Shown: positions 51,575 to 64,000 of the stretch, piece by piece
How the letters are laid out: every line of letters begins with the position of its first letter
Position numbering within the stretch: position 1 is the stretch's first letter
Source: Felis catus
Taxonomy: Eukaryota
DNA length: 64,000 nt
Reading direction: 5' to 3'
Assembly: GCF_018350175.1 (NCBI RefSeq)
Contig: NC_058368.1
Span: 57,414,001 to 57,478,000 of the forward strand
Position numbers and translations under genes: made by a program
Notes under the pieces: model-generated
Databases searched by the model: none
What the model saw: the letters and a program-made list of their open reading frames with translations, nothing else
Told to the model about the DNA's origin: nothing

Positions 51575-51790
51575 TTTTTTAAATCACCATTTTTGGATGT
51601 GTAATTTACATACAATAAAATGGACACATTATATCTGTACAGTTTGATGAGTTTTGAGGTATTTACATATTTGTATATTCTCTACTCCAATAAAATACAG
51701 GATAGTTTCATCACTCCCAAAACACCCCTCACCCCTTCCCAGTCAGTACTCCCCACTCACTGCCAAAGGCAATAACTGGTCTGATTTCTG
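51575..51790 (-). mobile_element. Old L1 (L1MB/L1MC-like) 3' end
   Basis: 'taatttacatacaataaaatggacaca...gtacagtttgatgagttttga...ctgatttct'. Confidence 0.8.
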
Positions 51791-53264
51791 CTAAACCAAA
51801 AATATTTTTATTCAAATAGCATCTACTTTTTTGCACTTTATATCAAGGTTATATGTCTATTTGCTAATTGGACTATAATCTTAACTTATACCCTCAGAAG
51901 CAAAAAAGTAAAGAATTATGCCATTATTTTCAGAAGAATCTAGGAAAGAAGTGGTAGTCTCTTTGAATCTGAATATTTAAGTGTTTCCACAAGTATCCAA
52001 TTAGTTCTTTAGTCCCTGTACCCTAACTTGGTAATAAATTGGTCTTCAGTGTATGCTATAGAAAAAATAATAGTGCTGGGTAGCAATAATAAGAGAGTAT
52101 GTTTTGCATTTAACAAGAATTCCAAACATAATTGATGTATTAACATACTATTGATTTATACCACAGCAACAATTTATTAAACTTATTACAATTATTTATT
52201 TTCACTTGAGTTCCACGAAGGGATTCAGATGTACATAAATATGAATTGAAACATATTCTCTATATTAGGTGGTAGTCATTAAGTTTGTCTTCATTTCTCC
52301 CATTTTTCAGATTTAGGGGCTTTTAAAATATTTTATTAAAATTGAATAGAATGTAAGAAAATAAGGCAACTACAGCAAGTATACATAAACTCTGAAGAAA
52401 ATTATACTTCAGTCCTGAAAAAATACCCTGAATAAGAAAAAATTGCATTGTTCTACAAGCTTTTGTGACATATGTTTGCATGTAAAAGAAGAAACAATAT
52501 TTCATGGTTAGAGTTCATGTTTTTTGAAGGTCCTTGTTATGAAAAGCTATGCTGCTTTATATTACTCTGATAAATTTTGTACTTTATTAGGATTCAATCT
52601 TTGTGCTTGGCAAGGTGTTGTGGCATGTATTATACGTAGAATTGAGAAAGAATATTTTGCATGTAGACACAGCACTTTGAATATATTAAGAGATACACAT
52701 TAATCATCTTGGTTTCCTGGCTGTTACAATAAATTGACTTATAAATTGCTATGTATCTGGTTATTCTATGCAAGGCACTTCAGGTAAAAAAATATTTAAT
52801 AAACAAAAAATGGTAGGAAGTAGCAGTTGGCTGACTTTTTTTTTATAACTTTCTTGAAATGACATGAAGTTTTGGGAAGTATATCTAAAAGGATTTAAAA
52901 TTTTCTCATGAATAATTTTACAGTTCCGAAGAGGCTGGTTTCATGATAGGAAAACTGTTCGTTTGTGTTTGTAATCTGGTCTTTGAACTGTACTCTGAAC
53001 TTACATACTTCATTTTACAGGCAGTAATTTGGGTGGGCATGCCCTGTAGTCCCAAGCATAAATATTTTTCCCAGCATATTTTTATGGTAATGATAATTTA
53101 TTGCATTTACTTTTGCTATTTATTCTTATTCCATTTCTTTAGTCATATCCTAGTATACCTCTCTAAAATATGAGAAGGGGAATATAACAAAATACTATTC
53201 CAAATTTTTTTAGAAGTATCAATGTCTCATATGTATAAGCTAGAGTTTTTACACCTACATGCAT

Positions 53265-53287
53265 ACACACACACACACACACACACC
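53265..53287. repeat. (CA)n microsatellite
   Basis: direct reading. Confidence 0.9.
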
Positions 53288-54029
53288 CTATTTGTGTTAC
53301 AATCTTTTGTATTCTCGTAAAAATAGACAGTAATTCATGTGACTAAATGTTTTTAATGTGTACCACTGACAAAGTATGATTTAAATTCTTAATATTCAAT
53401 TTAATCTTAAACATAATCCTATGAAATCAGTAGTATCTCTAGTTTATAAACAAGACAAAGAGTACTAAAAAAGTTCAAATACAATTTGACCAAATCCACA
53501 GAATTAATGATCAGTATAAATCCAATCTAATACAAGAAAATCATGTTTCTGTACACATATGCCTGAGGATAACTTTGGTGTTACAATGTAGTCATTTTTA
53601 CTGCACACTCTGTAGACGTTCTGCCTCCATTTGCCATGTGCCTATTACATCCATCCACTATGTCCCCCAGCATTTATTTGACATCTACGTGCTTTTTTGA
53701 CTTGTACATAAAAAGAGGGATAATAACCATATGATCCTTTTAAGTTTTAAATGGAAAGAACTTAGAATCCTGTCTGGAAAATATTGTGCTTAACATTTTG
53801 AAACAACTATAGTATTGTTTCAATAGTACCAGCAGCAGTAACAGGAGGAGGAAGAGGTGGAGAGGGAAGATGATATGATGTTCCCTGGGTCTTCTGTGGT
53901 GGGAATTCTCTTAGGCACTAGATATAAATATGAGTAAATAAGAGTAAAACACATACATGTGATTTTTCTGCTCTTTCATTTTGTTTCCTAATCAAAGTCC
54001 CTTAAGGTATACCACCTATGAGTTATGTC

Positions 54030-54495
54030 ATGGTGTGTATAATTATAGGCTTTGCATTTAGACACAGCTGAATACCAATTCCCATTATATGCTATCTAGA
54101 TGAGCCTGATTCAAGTTCCTAACTTCCTCAGTTTGGGTATCTTTGCATTTATAAAATGGGAATAATCTTATTACTTCATTGGTTTATTAAAAAGACTAAA
54201 GAATAGGGGCGCCTGGGTGGCGCAGTCGGTTAAGCGTCCGACTTCAGCTCAGGTCAGGATCTCGCGATCCATGAGTTCGAGCCCCGCCTCAGACTCTGGG
54301 ACTGATGGCTCAGAGCCTGAAGCCTGCTTCCGATTCTGTGTCTCCCTCTGTCTCTGCCCCTCCCCCGTTCATGCTCTGTCTCTCTCTGTCTCAAAAATAA
54401 ATTAAAGTTAAAAAAAAATTTAAAAAAAAGATTAAAGAATAGAATGGTTATTAGCACAGTTCCTGGTACATAACAATTGTTCAGTATTATTAGTT
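54030..54495 (+). mobile_element. MIR interrupted by a Can-SINE
   Basis: 'caagttcctaacttcctc...ataaaatgggaataat...' resumes as 'ttagcacagttcctggtacataac'. Confidence 0.7.
54206..54430 (+). mobile_element. Young Can-SINE (SINEC_Fc)
   Basis: ggggcgcctgggtggcgcagtcggttaagcgtccg; TSD aaga(c/t)taaagaata. Confidence 0.97.
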
Positions 54496-55054
54496 TTCTC
54501 TGCTGGCCCTGTGACAGACTAATTTTTTGACCTTGGAGAGCAAAACACATATCTACTTAGAACTCTAATTTTCTCATGTGTATATTAAAAAGTTCTGAAA
54601 TATATATTCGATGAAATATAAGGTAATTGAAATGGATGATCTCTAAGTCCTTTTGAACCATAAATTGTATAGATTATTTGAATAGCAAAATATCCATAAA
54701 ATAATCTTATCAGTCAACTTTTATTTATTGATTTCTTAATGTGCACACAATAAATGACTTACATATTACAATAAATGACATTACATGATTTTTTAAAGTA
54801 TAATCATTAATTGCTATTCTAATTAGTTACGTGAGAAACGTGAAGATAATTGGTGCAGATGATTAAGAAAAACACACTCCAATTGTTTTCAATCTTGATA
54901 AAATCTTAATAGATAATCTTAATGGAAGAAAAATAACTTTCTCTAATATTCTGGCCACAATTGGAACACACAGACGAATATCATTACTGATTTTATGGAA
55001 ATTAAAATACTGCCAAATTGATAAGATGTTACTAACATATATAAATATATAATA

Positions 55055-55420
55055 AAATTTTTATGGAAGTATAAATAATATACAATGTTAGTTACAGGTA
55101 TACAATAAAATGATTTTACAATTCTATATATAACTCAGTGTTCATCAAGATAAGTGTACTCTTAATCCCTTGTATTTATTTCACCCTTCCTCTACCCACC
55201 TCCCTCCTGGAAACCACCAGTTTGTTTTCTGTATTTAGAAGTCTGGATTTTGTTTGATTCTTTCATTATTTGTTCATTTGTTTTGTTATATTAAATTCCA
55301 CATATGAGTGAAATCATATGGTTTAGTCTTTCTCTGACTGATTTAGTTCACTTAGCATTATAACCTCTAGGTCTATCATCCGTGTTGTTGCAAATGACAA
55401 GATCTCATTCGTTTTGTTTC
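55055..55420 (-). mobile_element. L1 3' end (L1MA/carnivore type)
   Basis: 'tacaatgttagttacaggtatacaa...attccacatatgagtgaaatcatatgg...gcaaatgacaagat'. Confidence 0.9.
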
Positions 55421-55546
55421 ATCATATGTATATGTACATATGTACACATATATACATACACATACATCATATATATGTAAATACATATATATACATGTAT
55501 ACATGTATATATATGTAAATACATATATACATATATGTACACATGC
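55421..55546. repeat. Compound (TA/CA/TG) low-complexity tract
   Basis: direct reading. Confidence 0.9.
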
Positions 55547-56962
55547 CATCTTATAAAATATGTACTTTTATAATGAGGATTGATTTTAGATATCTATGGG
55601 AGAAAAATAAAAGAGCAGTACTTTAGGGAAATACATTAATCTAGTAATTATGGAGGACTCCATGCAGTTGGAAGTTTAACTTAATGGTTTCAAAACATAA
55701 GTGTTTTAGTATATGATAAATTCTATAAATTTGGTATTTGTAATTATATGCTACATATATTATTATATACTACTAACACACTATCTCTATGAGAAGTTAT
55801 AAAATTATTGAATATAAATAAAAAATACTTGACCAAAGAGGACTAACTAGCAAATGGTATCTGGGGTTATATATGCATAATTGAATGGTTAAACTCTGTT
55901 CTCAATCTCATAAATGTAATCTCTGATACTAGCCAACAGCCAGAATTGTTTTTTAAGGTCCTGACCCCAAAGGAATACTCATATATATGGCAATCACTCC
56001 ACCATGACAAATGCCAGAATGCTGACTTATTTTATCTTGGATACTCTATGATATTTAAAGATGGCAAAGGATAAGAGTTAAGAGTTTGTTATGTATAGTT
56101 AAACTTTATTTGTAGACACAAAACTGAGGATACAGAGCAAATGCTTCTTGTAGTGAAGACATCAGGCAAATACCTCAGAAAAACTTTCAAAAGGAAAGAT
56201 AAGAAATCATAGATTACAGTGATCTGGACACAGCACCATATTGAAAACTTAAGAATTGTCCCCCTAAGTTATTTTGAAAACATGAAGTTAAAACCACTTC
56301 TGTATAAAACAGCACAAGTAACTCAGGATTGGCCTGTTGGTTATTTGTAAGATATAGAGAACAATTAATCAAAAGTCCAGGAAGAGGTGCCAAATACAGA
56401 GTGTTATAAATATTATAGTTATAAAACTGAAAGTATCCTGATTCTTGGTATATGTTTTATAAAAATTATTATATAATAGAGGACAAACACGGGACAAAAC
56501 AATCTAAGTTAAAGAAATGCTTGCTGTATTTCCTCTGAGTTATTTATATATTGTTCTTTCTGTGGTCCTCCTCTTAGGGCAAGATATTTTAATTTTAGCC
56601 ATCTTAGAAAGTCAAGTATTATTCTTTGGATTCATAACCTATTACTAAGTCCATCTCAAATGAAGTGTTTTTCTTAATGTAAACTCTGTATACTTTAAAA
56701 TGATAGACTTAAGAATTGCTTTCTTAACAATATGTCTATAATTAATACTGGCATAACCCAAATAATGACAGCAATGCAGGGTCTGACAGTTCTGGTAATA
56801 AAGGTTTGGGTAAATGAGGAATGCACTGACCTTAACATGGCATATTAAATCTTCATTAAAATTTCTGAGTTATTTAATGATTAATGCTTTCAAATTGTGG
56901 GATAAATGGAAAATAATAAGAAAAAAATATTGTCAGTGTTATTATTGAATCTTTCATTATTT

Positions 56963-57176
56963 TTTTAAATTTTTTTTAACATTTATTTATTTTTGAGACA
57001 GAGAGAGACAGAGCATGAACGGGGGAGGGTCAGAGAGAGGGACACAGAATCCGAAACAGGCTCCAGGCTCTGAGCTGTCAGCACAGAGCCCGACGCGGGG
57101 CTCAAACTGATGGACCGTGAGATCATGACCTGAGCAGAAGCTGGCTGCTTAACCGACTGAGCCACCCAGGCGCCCC
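56963..57176 (-). mobile_element. Young Can-SINE
   Basis: TSD aatctttcattattt at 56948-56962 and 57178-57192. Confidence 0.97.
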
Positions 57177-58198
57177 TAATCTTTCATTATTTATTTAAAA
57201 AGGGAGAAATGTATTTACTTATTTTTTAAAACTAACATGTACAAGAAATAATTTCAAGACTTAAAACAGTCTAACAATGTGAAATCTCTATTAATTAGTA
57301 TATGAAAGATACCTTATAAGAATTAGAGTGTATTCATAATCAAAATCTCTATTTTTAGCTATAGTTTATCTTTTATATAAAATGAAAATCATTATAGCAA
57401 TGGATTATTTAGATAATGAGGTCATTTTTGTTTCAAAAACATTTTTAGTTTTCAATTATATATTTGTGTGATCAGCACATGAAGTTCCACTCTGCCTATA
57501 TAGTGTTTGGTGTCCAGTACAATGTACAATTGAGAGCCAGTGTTTTCTATTATCAGTCCACTTTCTCTATCCTCATAACAGATACACACACACACTCAAG
57601 TCCAGGGCCAATTTGGACATGTAGTAAAGAAATGCAGACTCTGTAGAGACTGACATTACCCTGGCAGTAACTTAGAATAGGAATTTGTGTTTTTAGTTTC
57701 TAACTTAGGCACTTACAATAGTTTTTCTTTAAAAGTGAAACTATTTTTTTCTGTGAATTTTGAGAGTTTCACTGTTTGAGTATAATAGCTGAATATACAA
57801 TCTTGTAGATCAGAAAAATTTTCATGAAACAGATGGGTCTCATTTGTGACTTTAGCAGAAGTTTATGTCTTAAATTTGTAGCATGAAGAATTGTGGGGTT
57901 TTCCAAGAGGCAGACGTGGAGTAAAGTTCATAGGTTTGAATAAATACATCTGAGTAAAAATGCCTCCAGTGAATAACAAAAATATAGTAGTAGCAAGGGG
58001 CAAATGTGTACAGGCAAGTTGGTATAAATTTTCAGAGAACTTGTACATCATATAAATCACAAATTCAGTCAATGTATATCAAATGCTTCCTGTTTGTGCA
58101 CATATTTGGTAGGTACTGGAATAGCAGCCCAAAGCCACACACAGTCCCTGTCTTCATGGAGTACAAACTACAGAAAATAAGTAAGATGTATTGTGATG

Positions 58199-58372
58199 TA
58201 GGATTGCCAGATTTGGGAGGAAGGCAAAAGAAGATAGAGCTAAACTTAACTTTGCATATCAGATGTGCAGTAAAAAAATTGCTTAGTATAAATGTGTTCC
58301 ATGAAATATCAGGGACATATTTTATTAAAAACATGTCTATCTGAAATGCAAATTTAACTGGATACCCTGTTG
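58199..58372. mobile_element. MER53-like palindromic hAT MITE
   Basis: 'taggattgccagattt...tagtataaatgtgttccatgaaatatcagggacata...tatctgaaatgcaaatttaactgga'. Confidence 0.7.
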
Positions 58373-58399
58373 CAAGGGAATATTTAAAATCAGAGTGAG

Positions 58400-59140
58400 G
58401 TGCAGGTGGAGGGTTGAAATGGGAGGACAATTGGTTATAACCAGAGAAAACAGCACACAAGAATGAACTGAAAAATAGAGATAATGGTATCTTGAGTGAT
58501 AAGAAAAGCAGTCCAGGAAAATGAGGGAAAATAATGATATTTCCTGAGAAAGGAGACAGAGGATGTTGAAGTATTGGGGGTAAAAAGATAGTTTAAATTC
58601 AAACCTATTTAATTTGTGTTACTTATAAAGCATCAGTAGGGCAAGAACTTAGATACAAAAATTTGGAATCTCCTAAAAAAATAAAAGGCATCGATATACG
58701 TATGATGACTAAAGCCCCAGAAGTGGCTGAAAGAACCCAAATAGAGGAAGAGTACAGAGCTCCAAGAAATTCTGATGCTAAATTATTTCATACAAGGTGA
58801 GATCCAGAAATGGAGACTGAAGTCAGGGTTCAAAGACGTAAAAGTAGAAGAGTGTTGCTATGTGGAAGTCAAGGAAACAGTGTTTCGCAAAGGAGGACAT
58901 TAATCTCCTATTTTAGAAAAACAGCTCTAATTCAGAGAAGTGGTTCAGAGCAATGCAGATTACAAATCTGGATAGATTCTGGTTGTAGAATCAAGGCGTG
59001 GGAGATGTATGTATATTTGAAAGCGAGGCGGATGTGTCCTAGAGAGGAATTTCTATGGAATGGGAGTATAAAATCAGAAACAAAATCCCTCAAAAGGCCA
59101 GAGATGGGAATCCTGGAGTAATAGATGGGTAAGCTTTACA
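58400..59140 (-). mobile_element. L2 relic
   Basis: purine-rich degenerate reverse-L2 motifs such as 'gagtgttgctatgtggaagtcaaggaaacagtgtttc'. Confidence 0.55.
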
Positions 59141-59989
59141 GAAAAGTCAGTACCTTAAATTGGTAAATTTAAAGTCAGTAACAGTAAAGGTTTATTATAA
59201 ATTACCTTTCTTTTCACTCTTTAAAAAGAACCTAGTTCTTTGAGTTTCTTTTTCTTCAGAACAATACCAAGTTGAACCCCCAGGATTACAACCCTAATGA
59301 CCATAGACATGTATGTATCTTCATTTGATTTATTACCGTATATTCTGTATAATAAAATATAGTTTATGGACTACAATGATGAGTCTGGCTAACATACTCC
59401 TCTCCAAATGAAAAGGAAATTCATCAGCATCATTATTCCCATGATTTGTTTCTGGGGCATTATTTGACCCACATATGCATAAATAAGCTGCATAAGCTAT
59501 TTGCTAAGAGGACACTTGATACTACATATATGGCCAATTGTTGGTAAACTGATACCTCAGCTTACTTGTTAATTATGTTTAAAATTAACTTTAAAATTCC
59601 ACTGATATAATTTATTTTTAACATTTTTTAAACTAAAACTTCATTCATGGGAGGCTCACAAGAGACTAGATCAAGTTCTTCAGTGCCTCATAAAGGAATA
59701 TTTTATAGTGAATACATAATAATATAAGAAGGAATTTAACAGTCTAGCAAGCATTTGTATTCATTAAGGGGAATTTCATAATCAGACCCAATCAGACCCT
59801 GATTACACACCAATTTAGCACTATCTGTGCAAGCAGTTTTATCAGTTACACCCATATTCTCTGTCTTCAGAGATTGTTTGGGATACTGGTTAAAACAAAA
59901 CTGTAAAAATGAAAAAAATCTTTTGTTAAATTCTGATAAAATATTTTGTAGATTAAAAACATGCTCATTTATGCTTGGTGTTTGTCAAC

Positions 59990-60530
59990 TTCATAGGGTC
60001 TCATAGAATAGAAGAAATGAAAGAAGTGTATACTTGCCATTTCACCCAGCTTGATGTATTGATCTTGAGTCTATGATGCCCTATCAGCATCTCACACTTG
60101 TTTTTAATGCTTAGTATAATATCAGGCCCCTGACTTATCAGTAGGATATTATCTCCTCATATTCCATAATATAAATCCTCACAGTCAATCCAAAGTCCTC
60201 TGTCAGATTCTTTCTCTCCTCCATACCCTGGATTCATTGTTTTCATCTTGCCTTTTACTTTTTCTCCAGCAATATGCCATCACTAAAGTATAATTAATTC
60301 CTTATCTCTTTTGCGGAATATCATTTACTTTTATTGCTCTCTGATGCCCCTAGAGTTCTTGTCTACATATTATCTAAACCATTCATTCTGACTCTTGTGC
60401 CCACGCATGCATTTTTTCCTTTTATATTGTAAACATCTTTTACATAATATTGGATTTTACATATCTGCATTATTTATAATGGATTCATGTAATAGATACT
60501 AAGCACATATTGGAATTAATTGAATTGCAT
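59990..60530 (+). mobile_element. L2 relic
   Basis: pyrimidine-rich L2-like body ending 'ctaagcacatattggaattaattgaat'. Confidence 0.4.
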
Positions 60531-60994
60531 CATTATTATACACTAACAGACAAGTACATTTCATTCAAAATATATCCATTTAGTAATAGTATTGCTTTAC
60601 TTACCTTTTTTATAAAAAAGTTATCTCTGTGACTTCATGTTTTCTCATATAATAATGAAGTTTATTATCTAATTTCTAATAATCTCTTCTTAGGTGAATT
60701 TAAGTCTATGTATTGTTTTATTTTCTGTCTCTTGTTCCATTTCCTTATCTATACATGTTGAGCACTTTCCATCTCTACTATAAAGTTATCACCTCAAGTC
60801 ATTCAGAATTATTCTTAAACTAAGTATCAAATCATTGAGGTCAAAGTGTTTCCTGAATCCATAAATATAACTGCTGAAGAAAACAATGAATAAAAGGAAG
60901 AGTGACACTCAGAGAGACGCATGCCAATGACTGTAGATGTTTGTAAAACTTCTCATTTATCTAACCTACATGTGTCATAAAATTGAAAAGAACT

Positions 60995-61031
<37 letters not shown>

Positions 61032-61171
61032 CACATATGTGTAACTCTGAGGAAATCTAAATAAGATTGATAGATTGTATCAATGCCAATATTCTGCTTT
61101 TAATATTGTACTATAAATTTGCAAGCCAATACCTCTGTGGGAAATGGTAAAAGTAGGTAAGAGGCCTATCA

Positions 61172-62117
61172 TTTCAAGTTTTTATTTAAATTCTCGTTAG
61201 TTAACACACATGGTAAACTTGGTTTCAGGTGAGAATGTGGTGATTCATCACTTACATATAGCACCCAGTGCTCATCACAAGCGCCCTCCCGAATGCCCAT
61301 CAGAGGCAAGGGAAACAAAAACAAAAATCAACTATTGGCACTTCATCAAGATAAAATGCTTCTACACAGCAAAGGAAATGATTAACAAAATTAAAAGACA
61401 ACCTATGGGATAAGAGAAGATATTTGCAAATAAAATATCTGTTAAAGAGTTAGTATCCAAAATATGTAAGGAACTTAATAAAACTCAACACCCAAAAAAC
61501 AAATAATACAGTTAAAAAATGAGCAGAATACATGAATAGCTATTTTTTCAAAGAAGACATACAGATGGCTAACAGACACATTAAAAGATACTCAACATCA
61601 CTAATCATCAGGGAAATACAAATCAAAACCATGATGAGATACCACCTTACACCTGTCAGAATGGCTAAAATTAACAACTCAGTAAACAACAGATGTTGGA
61701 GAAGATGTGGAGAAAGAGGAACCCTCTTACACGGTTGGTGGGAATGCGAACTGGTGCATCTACGCTGCAGTATGGAAGTTCTTCAAAAGTTAAAAAAAGA
61801 ACTACCCTATGACTCAAAAATTGCACTACTAGGTATTTACCCAAAGGTTAAAAAATGCTGATTCAAAGGGGCACATTCACCCCAATGTTTATAGCAGCAT
61901 TATCAACAATAGCCAAATTATGGAAAGAACCCAAATGTCCATTGACTGGGGAATGAATAAATAAGATGTGGTATGGCGGAACCTGGGAGGCACAACTGGT
62001 TAAGCATCCAACTCAGGTCATGATCTCCCAGTCGTGAGATCAAGCCCACCATCCAGCTCTGCGCTGAACATGGAGCCTGTTGGAATTCTCTTGCTCTCTC
62101 TGTCCCTCCCCTGCTCA

Positions 62118-62166
<49 letters not shown>

Positions 62167-62517
62167 AATCTCTCTAAATGCATACATAAATAAATATTTA
62201 AAAATAAATAAAGAAGAAGATATGGTATATACATATATATATATACATATATATGTAGTCATCAAAAAGAATGAAATCTTGTTATTTTCAATGACATGGA
62301 TGGAGCTGGAGTGTATTATGCTAAGTGAAATAAGTCAGTCAGAGAAGACAAATGCCATATGATTTCACTCATATATGGAATTCAAGAAACAAAACAGATG
62401 AACATAGGGGAAAGGGGAAAAAAAGAGAAAGAGAGAGGGAAGTAAACCATAAGAGACATTTAACTATAAAGAACAGAGTTGATGAGGGAAGTGGGTGGGG
62501 GATGGGCTAAATGGGTG
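61172..62517 (-). mobile_element. 5'-inverted carnivore L1 (3' tip on minus 61172-61302; inverted ORF2/3'UTR on plus 61301-62517)
   Basis: minus 3'UTR tip joined to plus-strand ORF2 ([34 protein letters not shown]) that ends where the minus segment begins. Confidence 0.9.
61975..62215 (+). mobile_element. Can-SINE nested in the inverted L1
   Basis: TSD aagat(g/a)tggtat; long (CT)n. Confidence 0.9.
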
Positions 62518-62599
62518 TATTAGTCCTTGCACATGTAGTTACAATCATTTAAAAGATAAAATGTTTAATTAAAAAGTCATATTTAGTTAGGTCACATTT

Positions 62600-62710
62600 A
62601 AATTTTCTCGATCAATTTCACAATCTCACCATAACATCCCCAAACGTGCATTTCAGAGATGAAAAAACTGAACCAAGTGGGTACAATGACTTGCAAAACA
62701 CATTATGTCT
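62600..62710 (-). mobile_element. MIR relic
   Basis: 'catttcagagatgaaaaaactgaacc...tgacttgcaaaacac'. Confidence 0.6.
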
Positions 62711-63452
62711 ATGATACTTTGTCAAACATTAATAGACAAAAAGACTTAAGATGTAGTCTTCAAAAATATCATGTATTGTCTAGTAGTTACCAATTATGTG
62801 AGGTATAACTAAATGTCAGAAGTAAAATCAGCCTTTTATATATTAGCAAATATTTATTGAATACCTACCATGTCCTGAGACATTTTTACAGGGCTACCAT
62901 TTTCCCAGTTGGCCTGAGTTTAGTGCTTTACAAATAAGAACTCACTTAATCCTTATAGATTCTTAGGTGTAAATCTCGTGTTATTTTATTGTAGAGACTA
63001 TGGCATTGGAAATATAAGAAAGGGGTAGAAGTAGAATTAATCAGCTTGCTAGGCTAGGCTGCAATTTCAACAGAAGAATGAGAAATAATGAGTGGGAAAG
63101 GAAACACTAGCACTAGTAAAGAATACTAACACCGTAAGATTATGAAAAATAATAATTATGAATTATCACTTAATAAATATCAGCAAAGAGCTCAATATGA
63201 AAATAGTAATCAGAGAATTATTTTGATGAGTTATGTATTGGAACCAATAATGGAAAGAGGCCAGGCAGAAAAGCAAGCAGTAATAGAAACGCAGAATTGG
63301 TTGCATTCAAAGTAGGGACTCCTTTCTCTGCAGTGTAAAAATCATAACTCATTTGTTTCTTTTTGGAAAACTCACTCCTCTCCCCAAATTCAGTTAATTA
63401 CTGACTCTATGTTGTAATGCTGAAAGTAGCAACGTGGCCTCATTCATTTAAA

Positions 63453-63482
63453 TTTTTTTAATGTTTATTTTTGAGAGAGAGA

Positions 63483-63539
<57 letters not shown>

Positions 63540-63709
63540 CGCCTGAGTGGAGGAGGGGCAGAGAGAGAGGAAGACACAGAATCTGAAGCAGGCTCCAGGC
63601 TCTACACTGTCAGCACAGAACCTGATGCAGGGCTCGAAATCAAGAACCTTGAGATCATGACCTAAGCCGAAGTCAGAGACTCAAATGGCCTAGCCACCCA
63701 GGCGCCCCC
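63453..63709 (-). mobile_element. Can-SINE with expanded (GA)n
   Basis: reverse body ending ccacccaggcgcccc; TSD cattcattt. Confidence 0.96.
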
Positions 63710-64000
63710 TAGCATTCATTTTAAAGTGAAGGCAAATCATAACGAATTATGTCTTAACACAAAGGTTTCCCAAATTTTCAAATTGGATCCCTTGTTAGTG
63801 TAAAGACACTTTAAATATCCATATATATACTATGAAAAGTGTTTCCATATGAGCTTATTAAACCAGCTCAATAATCCTAGTCACTTCCTGCCCAGGCATT
63901 TGTAGCTTCAACATTTGGGAACTACTTTCAGTGATTTTAAGAAAATTTGCCTTTGGTAATTTAGGAGGTCTCTAGGATAGCCTCACCCTGAAGTCAGGGG

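Larger units (their letters stand above)
60895..62575 (+). mobile_element. L1MC-like 3' end containing (CA)n, split by a younger L1 insertion
   Basis: 'gaaatctaaataagattgatagattgtatcaatgccaatatt...' continues after 62517 as 'tattagtccttgcacatgtagttacaatc...aaaatgtttaattaaaaa'. Confidence 0.7.

Noticed and set aside
53021..53086. Possible 66-nt in-frame + strand exon (ttttacag|GCAGTA...TTTATG|gtaatg)
   Set aside because: The donor is mediocre and the peptide AVIWVGMPCSPKHKYFSQHIFM is not recognisable; such hits are expected by chance in 64 kb.
58065..58460. 131-aa minus-strand ORF
   Set aside because: It runs through MER53- and L2-derived sequence and has a non-ATG start.
2888..63665. Recurring short ORFs such as 'AQSVKRPTSAQVMISRSVSSSP' and 'ERERERE'
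   Set aside because: They are translations of Can-SINE bodies and (GA)n tracts, not genes.
1..64000. A novel multi-gene system, CRISPR array, operon or prokaryotic-type feature
   Set aside because: This is repeat-rich mammalian DNA with no long ORFs, no repeat-spacer array and no gene cluster. The recurring 200-bp repeats are dispersed Can-SINEs.

Overview
AT-rich, CpG-depleted mammalian genomic DNA from a feliform carnivore, probably a felid. The assignment rests on about 28 tRNA-derived Can-SINEs, many of the feliform SINEC_Fc type, and on carnivore-type L1. I found no recognisable host protein-coding exon, RNA gene or CpG-island promoter, so this looks like deep intronic or intergenic sequence. 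The ORF track is explained by repeats or by chance. Main contents: a near-full-length decayed L1 (about 18.25-24.86 kb, minus strand), a full-length Tigger1 with TA target duplication (36062-38401), a twin-primed 5'-inverted L1 nested in an older L1 (61.17-62.52 kb), an MLT2 solo LTR with intact TSD, and MLT1, HAL1, L2, MIR, MER5A, MER53 and MER94 relics. I see no support for a new biological system. The best leads are retrotransposition and template-switch scars, a candidate recursive (AG|GT) splice site, two possible minus-strand exons, inverted SINE pairs and a homeodomain/SOX motif cluster. Repeat family names come from remembered consensus sequences and need RepeatMasker/Dfam confirmation. 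Boundaries of old repeats are approximate.
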